A DNA stretch of 64,000 nt, taken from contig JAZQBS010000153.1 in assembly GCA_045545875.1 (NCBI GenBank), forward strand, positions 6,530-70,529, given 5' to 3'. Made by a program: the position numbers and the translations under genes. Positions 54,654 to 64,000 of the stretch are shown here, one piece after another. A model generated the notes under the pieces. That model saw only the letters and a program-made list of their open reading frames with translations. It had not been told where the DNA came from and did no database searches. This DNA comes from Bacteroidales bacterium. Lineage in GTDB: Bacteria; Bacteroidota; Bacteroidia; Bacteroidales; UBA3663. Numbering within the stretch: position 1 is the stretch's first letter; the number at the start of each line of letters is the position of its first letter.

Positions 54654-55553
54654 CTATTGATAAAGCAAAGCCATCTGGGCCGTAAGATCGCGCATCTGTT
54701 CTCGCAGTGACATTGGAGCAAGGACCTCGATGCTCGAGCCATACTCAAGGAACTTATTGGTCAAGTCGGGAGTGATAGCAAGTTCATATTCGAAGACACT
54801 ATAGTCGGAATGAGTCTCAATTTCATGCTGGGAAGGATGAAGTGGAAGAGTACGGAAATAACTGCGCCAAAAGAGATTAACCTTGATCTGGATGGTCTCG
54901 ATAACCGGACTGATAGTGGTATAAACGCCGAAATAATGGGCAAAATAGTCCTTCGATGAGAAATACTCGGGAACCTGGAAATCCACATTCTCAAGGATAC
55001 GCAACTGCTGCATCCTATCAAGGGCAAACAACTGCAAGTGCGAACTGTGGTTCTTGCGTGCCAGCAGATACCATCGCTGCTGGGATAATTTCACACAGTA
55101 GGGTTCGATAAAGCAAGTATAGGGTTCACTATCGGAAAACTTCTTGTAGTCGAGTTCCATTGCCTTGCCCTTTGACATTGCTTCGATGATAGTAGGTAGA
55201 AAAAACTGGCCGGAAGGAATCTCTTCGAGCAAGATTCTTTCACGCAGGTTCCCACCTTCGGTCATCAGCTGGTTGATGGAGAAAGACGACAACATCAATT
55301 CCGTCGCCTTCAGGCTATTGTCACCCGAAATATAATAACGATAACGATCCTTCACATCGCATTCTATCGAGACGCCTAGGACATCAAGGGCCGAGCTGAT
55401 GGCTCGGTTCAGCTGATTGCGAGTCAACTCTTCACCTCCACTCAAATCCACATTATTCACCCATAGCTTGTTCAACTCTTCCCGATTGAGTTTTTTGTAG
55501 TTCAAAAGAGTATTCACAAGCCACATTCCATGCCGAAAACGCAGATTTTCCAT
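54654..55553 (-). CDS. WYL-domain-like putative transcriptional regulator
   Basis: N-terminal HTH-like region, and a central ...IEPYCVKLSQQRWYLLARKN...LFALDRMQQLRIL... pattern typical of WYL domains. Confidence 0.5.
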   Translation of the reverse strand: MENLRFRHGMWLVNTLLNYKKLNREELNKLWVNNVDLSGGEELTRNQLNRAISSALDVLGVSIECDVKDRYRYYISGDNSLKATELMLSSFSINQLMTEGGNLRERILLEEIPSGQFFLPTIIEAMSKGKAMELDYKKFSDSEPYTCFIEPYCVKLSQQRWYLLARKNHSSHLQLFALDRMQQLRILENVDFQVPEYFSSKDYFAHYFGVYTTISPVIETIQIKVNLFWRSYFRTLPLHPSQHEIETHSDYSVFEYELAITPDLTNKFLEYGSSIEVLAPMSLREQMRDLTAQMALLYQ

Positions 55554-55666
55554 AAAAATTCGTCGAATTAACTAAATTTAACAGAGGTGTATCAATGTAG
55601 GCAACACCCTGCCCCGATCTTTGCGGTGTGAAAAACAAGAATAATCACACTTAAAAGAATAAGACA

Positions 55667-55903
55667 ATGAAAAAGGCTGCAATCATTATCGTCATCGCCG
55701 GCATAGTAGTTCTGGACCTTATCCTTTCAGGAATGAACGTTATCCTTGGCCTACTGCTCATCATCGGAGCAGGACTGTTCGCTTATCTGATGGACTCGAT
55801 GAACCACGAGCCACGACGCACCACGAGCATCACACGGGCTGCTCGTCAGAACCGCGAGTTGCAGGAGGCCGCGACAAAGGCCGAACTCAGCATTGCCGTC
55901 TGA
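55667..55903 (+). CDS. Small membrane protein (two TM helices), hypothetical
   Basis: 78 aa with a hydrophobic N-terminal 45 aa and a charged tail. Confidence 0.5.
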   Translation: MKKAAIIIVIAGIVVLDLILSGMNVILGLLLIIGAGLFAYLMDSMNHEPRRTTSITRAARQNRELQEAATKAELSIAV

Positions 55904-56716
55904 TCACTTGATGACGCGAATCTTCATGCGCACGTCGGTCTTTGGGCGATTCACAGCATTGCTTTCGAGGGCTGCGATCTTTGAAATGACATCAAGGCCC
56001 TCGACGACCTCACCGTAGCATGTGTATTCGCCATAGATGTGATAGGCTCCACCTATCGTACTGTATGCTTCACGCTCAGCAGGAGTGAAGAAACGTGTGC
56101 CGGGCATAGTGCGGGCAATGCTGTCGATGTCGTGGTTGATGCGACGTGCCAACTGATTGTATTCGGCAATACTTGTGGTCTTAAGCATAGCCAGTGAATC
56201 TTTCACAGCCTGGGTCATTACCTTACGTTGGGCTGCCTTGCGAGCTGTAGCATTGTGCGTCTTTTCCCAATTGTTGAGCGTGGCTTCGCTCATCACGTAA
56301 CCATCGACGATGAAGAACATCGACATATCGGAGTTGACCACACCTTCACGATGGGGAGCACAGAGCGCACCCTTTTTCGGAACGTGATTCTTGCGAATCT
56401 CCGCCGGTATCTCTTCGCTGAGGTCTCCCCAGCCGATACTTTGTCCAGGCAATGCAGTCTTCGAATCAGGAGCACCACCTTGAATCATAAACGTGGGCAT
56501 GACACGCCCGAAGAGCGAGTCGTCGTAGTATCCTGAACGAACCTTACTCAAGAAATTAGCTACCGTACGGGGACAGTCGTCGTAAAGCATCACTCGCATG
56601 TTGCCCATATTGGTGGTGATGAGCACCTCGTGAGTTTGGGCCTTGACAGTTTGACCTGTCACATTGGGCAAAAGAACCAAAGCGAGCAGCGAAAGAAGAA
56701 CTGATAGTTTTTTCAT
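55904..56716 (-). CDS. Secreted cyclophilin-type peptidyl-prolyl isomerase with helical insertion
   Basis: Signal peptide from the ATG at 56716, ...FGRVMPTFMIQGGAPD... and ...YTCYGEVVEGLDVISKI... Confidence 0.9.
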   Translation of the reverse strand: MKKLSVLLSLLALVLLPNVTGQTVKAQTHEVLITTNMGNMRVMLYDDCPRTVANFLSKVRSGYYDDSLFGRVMPTFMIQGGAPDSKTALPGQSIGWGDLSEEIPAEIRKNHVPKKGALCAPHREGVVNSDMSMFFIVDGYVMSEATLNNWEKTHNATARKAAQRKVMTQAVKDSLAMLKTTSIAEYNQLARRINHDIDSIARTMPGTRFFTPAEREAYSTIGGAYHIYGEYTCYGEVVEGLDVISKIAALESNAVNRPKTDVRMKIRVIK

Positions 56717-56814
56717 GAACAAAAATTGAAAGGTAAAAGCCCTTCCCTCCATATAGAGAGAAGGGCGTATTGTTAGAATTATAGACCTTAGAGGTCGAAC
56801 GTCATTTTCGACAA

Positions 56815-58299
<1,485 letters not shown>

Positions 58300-58469
58300 T
58301 TAATCCTTTTAAAATTACAATCAGTGAATCGTAACGTTTGAATTTTATTGCCTGCAAAGATAGTTGTATTTTTCGAAATAAACAAATTATTAGTGGGAAA
58401 TTTTCGTTTTCAGGCGAAATTTCCCACTTTATGCGAACGATTGAAATCTGTGATATGAGATTAAGAGGG

Positions 58470-58530
58470 GGTTCGAAGGGTTCGAAAGGTTCAAAGGGTT
58501 CGAAAGGTTCGAGGGGATGAAGGGTTCAAT
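58470..58530. repeat. About 7 x 9-bp tandem array GGTTCGARR (58470, 479, 488, 497, 506, then degenerate), palindromic core TTCGAA
   Basis: Read directly. It is intergenic except that its last degenerate unit contains the stop codon of the 58526-59290 gene. Confidence 0.9.
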
Positions 58531-59290
58531 CTCTCTTCTTCACCTGCGGGAGGAATTCAGCCTCAAGCTTGGCATAGTTCTCGACAAACCACTTGTGCCA
58601 ATAGCGTGTCATCTCACCATGGGTCTGGCCCATGATACCTTCGTCGTACGACACACGCTTGCCAATCTCGATGCACTCTGGTCCTGGATTCAGGCAGAAA
58701 TCCTTCTTGGGCAGCAGATAGCCGGTGCCGAAGATAGTGACGGGAACAATGTCGCACTTCAGCTGTTCGGCCAGATGAAAAGCGCCACGACGGAACTTAT
58801 GTACCTGGCAATCTTCCGAGCGGGTGCCTTCGGGGAAGATGAGCACCGAATATCCACGTTTCATACACTTGCTGATGTGTGCCAGCATCTCTTCCATCGA
58901 CATCGTGGCCGGGAAGAAATCGGCAAACCTTACCACATGGCCGTAGATCTTGCTATCCCACACCCATTGTCCCGTCATCACAATAAGACGATTGGTGAGC
59001 ATCAGCGTTGCAGGAAGGTCGAGCAGCGACTGATGGTTGGCAATGATAAGTGCAGGCTTCTTGAAGGTCTCTTCATGCGGGTTGCGCAAGATCGGGTTCA
59101 CCTTGGTCACGCAGTGATAGGAGAAGAAGCGGCAGAACCTGCGTATATGTCGATGCAGACGATAACGCACACGTTCATTATCGCCAAACCAGGCATAGAT
59201 CCTGGCCAGGGGGGCAATGATGAAGAAAATGTATCCGAGCAGGATGCCAAATTCAAGATATGTTATTATAAGTCTGAACCAACGTGGCAT
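58526..59290 (-). CDS. Lysophospholipid (1-acyl-sn-glycerol-3-phosphate) acyltransferase family protein
   Basis: HX4D motif NHQSLLD and ...FPEGTRS... Confidence 0.8.
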   Translation of the reverse strand: MPRWFRLIITYLEFGILLGYIFFIIAPLARIYAWFGDNERVRYRLHRHIRRFCRFFSYHCVTKVNPILRNPHEETFKKPALIIANHQSLLDLPATLMLTNRLIVMTGQWVWDSKIYGHVVRFADFFPATMSMEEMLAHISKCMKRGYSVLIFPEGTRSEDCQVHKFRRGAFHLAEQLKCDIVPVTIFGTGYLLPKKDFCLNPGPECIEIGKRVSYDEGIMGQTHGEMTRYWHKWFVENYAKLEAEFLPQVKKRD

Positions 59291-59316
59291 AGTGGACTGA
59301 GGATTATGAGGGGTTT

Positions 59317-60402
59317 TTAGAATCTGACGCCGAAGAAGAAACGCGATGACCAGTCGAAGGTGTAAAGCGAAAACTTATTCTCACCGGGAAAAGAATCAAG
59401 ATTAGCCATGGCCATTACTCCTGTGACATAACGACTGAAGTTATATACAAAACTGGAATGTACCGTCCCATTGAACGTCAGTCTTTGACTGATGGCAGAA
59501 GCATATAACTCGTTGTGCTGCAGTTGGCCATTGCTATCCCAAAGGCGCACGTCGTCGTAACGGCGATCGCGATGCCATACTGAAATCATCGGCATAGCCG
59601 AAAAGTGAAGCAGGCAATGAGCATCGCCAAAGATGAAGTTGTAGGCATATCCGCCACCCACACTAATCTGTGATTGTGACAGCTTGCGAAACTTGGCAAT
59701 GCCCGTCATCCCTTCAACAAGCAGGTCTTTGACGATGGGAAAACTCAACATCTCGTCATTAATCATTGAAGCCGAATGCCAATAATTCAGAATTGCCAGC
59801 CACGAGCCGCTGCTTCGCTTCTGGATGATGGTATGCGACATGGCTGCAGGCAACGAGAACCGCTTTCGGCCAAAGACATAATAGAAGTTAGCCAGTATCA
59901 TACGCTGATGAAAGTCATTCGTCTCCATGTCGAGCTCCTTTTCGACACTCCCTTCATCGACTTCCATCACACCGCTGAGCGAATAGGAATTGTGCAGACG
60001 CAACTCCAAGCCGTATCCTTGCCCATAGGAGCAGAACGACCACTCCGAATCGCCATGACTGGAGAAGTCCTTCGAATAACTTAAGCCCCATCCACGATAC
60101 GAGATGCCTGCCGACAGGAGCGTTGCCACACGTGTGGTAAGGTGACTCTTGACATTTACCGTACCGAGCTGCGTAAAAGCCTGGTCATAATCCAGATAGG
60201 CCTTCGTACCAGCCAGATAGACATTGCCGTATCCTATAAACCCTTCCTTGGGCAAACGCAGATAGGTCGTATCGCATCCCTTGATGTCGGCACTGTCGAC
60301 CCAGTTCTTGAGTGCATGCCAAAAACCCCTGGCCTCCACCTGACCAGTGGCGGCCGACAGCGCGACAATGAGGAATAGACGGGTGATTGTGGAATACGAC
60401 AT
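59317..60402 (-). CDS. Hypothetical outer-membrane beta-barrel protein
   Basis: The ATG at 60402 gives a signal peptide (...ALSAATGQVEA). Alternating beta pattern and a C-terminal ...FFFGVRF aromatic terminus. Confidence 0.55.
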   Translation of the reverse strand: MSYSTITRLFLIVALSAATGQVEARGFWHALKNWVDSADIKGCDTTYLRLPKEGFIGYGNVYLAGTKAYLDYDQAFTQLGTVNVKSHLTTRVATLLSAGISYRGWGLSYSKDFSSHGDSEWSFCSYGQGYGLELRLHNSYSLSGVMEVDEGSVEKELDMETNDFHQRMILANFYYVFGRKRFSLPAAMSHTIIQKRSSGSWLAILNYWHSASMINDEMLSFPIVKDLLVEGMTGIAKFRKLSQSQISVGGGYAYNFIFGDAHCLLHFSAMPMISVWHRDRRYDDVRLWDSNGQLQHNELYASAISQRLTFNGTVHSSFVYNFSRYVTGVMAMANLDSFPGENKFSLYTFDWSSRFFFGVRF

Positions 60403-60445
60403 TGTCTTCTTTGGTGCTAAATGAATCAGGCTCTCGCTACGGGAA

Positions 60446-63040
60446 CTACCGCGAACTGATATCCTCAAGTATTGAACGAAGTTCCGAATCGCTTGTGACC
60501 AGCACGGCACGGGCTTTCGAACCACTGTAGGGACCCACAATACCTGCAGCCTCCAGCTGGTCCATAATGCGGCCTGCCCTGTTGTAGCCGATCTGGAACT
60601 TACGCTGTATCATCGACGTGGAACCCTGGCCAGTAGCCACGACGAGCTCTGCACATTCGTTGAACAGCGGGTCGAGCTGATGCAGGTCAACGGCTTCGCC
60701 ATTGCCATCGGCGGCCTCACCCTCCTGGATCTTCGGCTCAGGCAGGATGAGGGCAGTAGGATAACCTTGCTGATCGGCAATGAAACGATTGATGCGATCC
60801 ACCTCGGGCGTATCGACGAAGGCACACTGCACACGCGTGGGCACACTGCCCGTCGAGAACAGCAGGTCGCCACGACCAATGAGGTTCTGGGCACCTGGCT
60901 GGTCGAGGATGATGCCCGAATCGATGCCCGATGCCACACGGAACGCCATCCTGGCAGGGAAGTTGGCCTTGATGATACCGGTCACGATCTTTGCCGAAGG
61001 ACGCTGCGTAGCGATGATCATATGGATACCCACGGCACGAGCCTTCTGGGCGATACGCGCGATGGGAAGCTCCACTTCCTTACCTGCTGTCATGATGAGG
61101 TCACCATACTCGTCGATGATGGCAACGATGTAGGGCAGGTAGCGGTGGTTGGTGCCCTCGCGACTGCCGATGGGTGCCGAGATGTGCTTGCGGGGATTCA
61201 GCTGGCGATGGATGAACTTCTCGTTGTACTCCTTGATGTTGCGCACACCTGCATCCTCCACCAATGCGTAGCGGTCCTCCATCTCTGCACAGAGCGACTT
61301 GAGGATATCCACCGTCTTGGTGACATCGGTGATGATGGGGTTCTCCTGGTCGGGCAGCTTTGCCAGATAGTGCTTCTCGATGCGCTTGTAGATGCTGAAC
61401 TCCACCATCTTGGGATCGACGAGCACGATCTTGAGCTGTGAAGGATGCTTCTTGTAGAGCAGCGAGGTGATGATGGCATTCAAGCCTACCGACTTGCCCT
61501 GGCCGGTAGCACCAGCCACGAGGAGGTGGGGTGCCTTGGTAAGGTCGAAGGTGAACACTTCGTTCATGATCGTCTTGCCAAGCGCAATAGGCAGTTCGTA
61601 CTTCGACTCCTGGAAGGCGCGCGAAGAGATGCAGTCGCGCATCGACACGGTCTGCGGGTCATTGTTGGGCACCTCGATACCGATGGCCGACTTGCCGGGA
61701 ATCGGGGCAATGATGCGGATACCCGACTTCGAGGCAATCGACATGGCAATCTCGTCGCTCAGGTTCTTCACGCGGCTGATCTTGGTGCCGCTCTCCAATA
61801 CTATCTCGAAAAGCGTGATCGTAGGACCCACGGTGGCCGAGATTGACTGTATCTCGATGCCGTAGTCCGACAAGGTCTGACGTATCTTCTCCTTGTTGGC
61901 AGTCTGTTCGTCCATGTCGATGGGCGAATGGTTCGGATAGGATTTCAGCAGGTCAAAAGTCGGGAACTTGTAGTGACTGAGATCTGCCGTGGGATCGTAA
62001 TCGGTCTTAGGGAGGTCATTGGTTGATTCTGCGACGGGAGCCTTCACAACGTCAGTCTTGCCCGTCTTGACCACAAAAACCGGGTCGTCGGCGGCATTGT
62101 CCTTTTTAGTCTCTACAGGTTTATTAGCATCCTTTGTCTCAGCGCCAAAAGCGATGGCAACCTGTCCCGTTTCGTCCTTGGTGGTCGGAACAGGCTCGTC
62201 GGGAACGACGGGTTCGGGTGCGGAGATATCCCCGGTATCGATGGTGCCGATGGTTTCATCGTCAGACGTTTCCTCATTCAAATGTGCCAGGCGTTCGGCC
62301 TCCAGTTGTGCCTGACGTTCGGCTTCACGTTCAGCCTTCTCCTCCCTGCGCTTGTCCAGTCGAGCCTGGAGCCAGGGTATCAGGCCGAACAGCGTACGCG
62401 TCTTTTCGATGGTGCTGTCAAACATGAAGGTGGCCAGTATCAGTCCCGAAGCAATCAGGAACAGCACAAGGCCAGGCACATGGAGGTTGGCAACGAGCAG
62501 CTGGGTTAGTTCATAGCCATGCTTGCCGCCCAGATAGATGAAGTTTGACTGCAATTCAGTGCCGAACATCGTGTCGAGGATGTAGCTCATCGCACTGAAG
62601 AACAGCGACAGCCAGATCACCATGAACGATGTGCGCACGAACGAGCCCAGCAGACGAGGGACAGGTCCCGAGGTCATCAACCCTTGTCCGAATCGGAACA
62701 ACAGGACGACGAAGAGCAGCACCGGCAGGCCGAGCCAGCGGTTGACGCACCATTCCGACGTGAAGGCGCCAAATGTTCCGACCCAGTTGTGCACGTCGTT
62801 GTTCGGAAGGAATATCTGGTACCAGCTCAGGTTCTCCAGGATGGCCTGGTCATCTTTGCCGGTGACGACGAACGACAGGAATCCGATGCCCAGCAGTGCA
62901 GCGAGCAACATGACAAGTAATCCTGCGGTGAACCTTGCCTGTTCACCGCGCAGGAAGGCCAGCAGGCGCGATGGCTGCTTCGGCCCCTTTCCCTTTGCAT
63001 TTTTCTCCTTGGGAGCAGTAGTGTTCTTTTCTTTGCCCAT
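60446..63040 (-). CDS. ftsK: DNA translocase FtsK
   Basis: N-terminal TM helices, acidic/Pro-rich linker, motor domain with Walker A GATGQGKS, and C-terminal gamma wHTH (...SMIQRKFQIGYNRAGRIMDQLE...). Confidence 0.95.
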   Translation of the reverse strand: MGKEKNTTAPKEKNAKGKGPKQPSRLLAFLRGEQARFTAGLLVMLLAALLGIGFLSFVVTGKDDQAILENLSWYQIFLPNNDVHNWVGTFGAFTSEWCVNRWLGLPVLLFVVLLFRFGQGLMTSGPVPRLLGSFVRTSFMVIWLSLFFSAMSYILDTMFGTELQSNFIYLGGKHGYELTQLLVANLHVPGLVLFLIASGLILATFMFDSTIEKTRTLFGLIPWLQARLDKRREEKAEREAERQAQLEAERLAHLNEETSDDETIGTIDTGDISAPEPVVPDEPVPTTKDETGQVAIAFGAETKDANKPVETKKDNAADDPVFVVKTGKTDVVKAPVAESTNDLPKTDYDPTADLSHYKFPTFDLLKSYPNHSPIDMDEQTANKEKIRQTLSDYGIEIQSISATVGPTITLFEIVLESGTKISRVKNLSDEIAMSIASKSGIRIIAPIPGKSAIGIEVPNNDPQTVSMRDCISSRAFQESKYELPIALGKTIMNEVFTFDLTKAPHLLVAGATGQGKSVGLNAIITSLLYKKHPSQLKIVLVDPKMVEFSIYKRIEKHYLAKLPDQENPIITDVTKTVDILKSLCAEMEDRYALVEDAGVRNIKEYNEKFIHRQLNPRKHISAPIGSREGTNHRYLPYIVAIIDEYGDLIMTAGKEVELPIARIAQKARAVGIHMIIATQRPSAKIVTGIIKANFPARMAFRVASGIDSGIILDQPGAQNLIGRGDLLFSTGSVPTRVQCAFVDTPEVDRINRFIADQQGYPTALILPEPKIQEGEAADGNGEAVDLHQLDPLFNECAELVVATGQGSTSMIQRKFQIGYNRAGRIMDQLEAAGIVGPYSGSKARAVLVTSDSELRSILEDISSR

Positions 63041-63046
63041 TCTAAA

Positions 63047-64000
63047 CTAGTTTTTCCAAAACATTGGTGTAAATATAACCATAACAGTGAATATCTCAAG
63101 ACGTCCCACCAGCATCAAGAAGCTGAGGTACCATTTGGCAGCGGCAGGCAGCCATGCCCAGGTGAAGGCCGGACCCGTGTCTCCAAGTGCCGGTCCGGTG
63201 TTGCCCAAGGCAGAGATGGCTGTGCCGATGGATGTTTCAAAATTGAGGCCGAAACATTGCAGGATGAAGATCGACACGACCAGCAGCATCAGGTAGATCG
63301 ACAGCATGGCCAGGATCTTGAAGACTGCATTGTCGGACAATGCCTGTCCATTGAGTCGCACGTTGCTGTACGAACGCGGCATCAGGGCGTGCAGAAACTG
63401 GTTGCGTCCGTTCTTGATCAGAACCACGAAACGGACCACCTTCAGTCCACCTGCCGTACTCGACGAGCAACCGCCCATCACCATCATCAGCAATGTCGGC
63501 AGCCAGAAGATCGAGCCCCACAGGTTGTAATCGAAGTACTCGGCCTGGTATCCAGCACTCGAAATGATGGTCAGCGTGTGGAACATCGAAGCTCTTAACG
63601 TGCACTCCAGCGTGCCGTCACCCAGCGTAGCCATATCTTCGGCCGGTATCAGCCCGTTCAGGCGCGTCAGATAATTGAGCAGCATGAACAGCACCGTGAA
63701 TCCTGCTACCGCACCGGCGAACCATCGCAGCTCCTCGTTCTTCCACATCAGACCGACATGTCCCCTCGACAGCATGTAGAACAGATTGAAGTTGATCGAC
63801 GTAAGGAAGAGGAACACAATGCAGACGTATTCTATATAGGCCGAATGGAAATGGCCGATGGAGTCGGAATGTGTCGAGAATCCTCCCGACGCCATAGTCG
63901 AGAACGAATGGCAGACAGCATCAAACCATCCCATGTCGCCCAGTCCGTAGAGCACGGCACAAGCCACTGTCAGCAGCATATAGATGCCCCAGAGGCGACG
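63047..64000 (-). CDS. trkH: TrkH-family potassium uptake protein, C-terminal part (N-terminus beyond window end)
   Basis: The frame is open to the window edge, with polytopic membrane repeats including ...ALGNTGPALG... selectivity-type motifs. Confidence 0.8.
   Translation of the reverse strand, partial: RRLWGIYMLLTVACAVLYGLGDMGWFDAVCHSFSTMASGGFSTHSDSIGHFHSAYIEYVCIVFLFLTSINFNLFYMLSRGHVGLMWKNEELRWFAGAVAGFTVLFMLLNYLTRLNGLIPAEDMATLGDGTLECTLRASMFHTLTIISSAGYQAEYFDYNLWGSIFWLPTLLMMVMGGCSSSTAGGLKVVRFVVLIKNGRNQFLHALMPRSYSNVRLNGQALSDNAVFKILAMLSIYLMLLVVSIFILQCFGLNFETSIGTAISALGNTGPALGDTGPAFTWAWLPAAAKWYLSFLMLVGRLEIFTVMVIFTPMFWKN

Noticed and set aside
58470-58513. GGTTCGAA units resemble the tRNA T-arm consensus (GGTTCGAATCC), so tRNA fragments or a tRNA-derived SINE were considered
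   Set aside because: No acceptor, D or anticodon arms can be drawn around any unit. The similarity is limited to 7-8 nt, and the true tRNA in the window (36637-36709) has a different T arm (ACGGGTTCGAGTCCCGT).
61950-62400. Low-complexity acidic/Pro/Thr-rich stretch in FtsK
   Set aside because: This is the normal variable linker between the membrane domain and the motor domain of FtsK. It has no DNA-level periodic repeat like the 9-bp arrays.

Overview
The window is a 64-kb chromosomal segment of a Bacteroidota genome, Bacteroidales and Prevotella-like. This assignment rests on many TTTG-N19-21-TAnnTTTG promoters, SusC/SusD pairs, T9SS C-terminal domains and a long-tailed S16. Gene density is high and most genes are ordinary. 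They include a SusC/SusD polysaccharide locus with GH144-like and GH3 enzymes next to a propeller/LuxR-type regulator. There are also two T9SS cargo proteins beside a TPR/AraC regulator, GH43 and GH9-like hydrolases, and polyamine genes (nspC, speA). Housekeeping genes are hemW, purM, radA, guaB, rpsP, ftsK and trkH, plus one tRNA-Thr(CGU). A three-gene LicC/LicD-type operon is also present. I found no integrase, transposase, reverse transcriptase, Cas or recognisable toxin genes. The most unusual signal is non-coding: a family of exactly phased 9-12-bp micro-repeat arrays in short intergenic gaps. Their units (GGTTCGARR), and a second interspersed hairpin element, also occur in-frame inside radA, purM, an SSS transporter and hemW. 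Other points worth a second look are an 84-bp two-hairpin mosaic array, four orphan promoter-plus-terminator units (candidate sRNAs), phased direct repeats upstream of the susC promoter, and the aminotransferase-LicC-LicD operon. All calls rest on reading the sequence and the supplied ORF translations. No database search was run.
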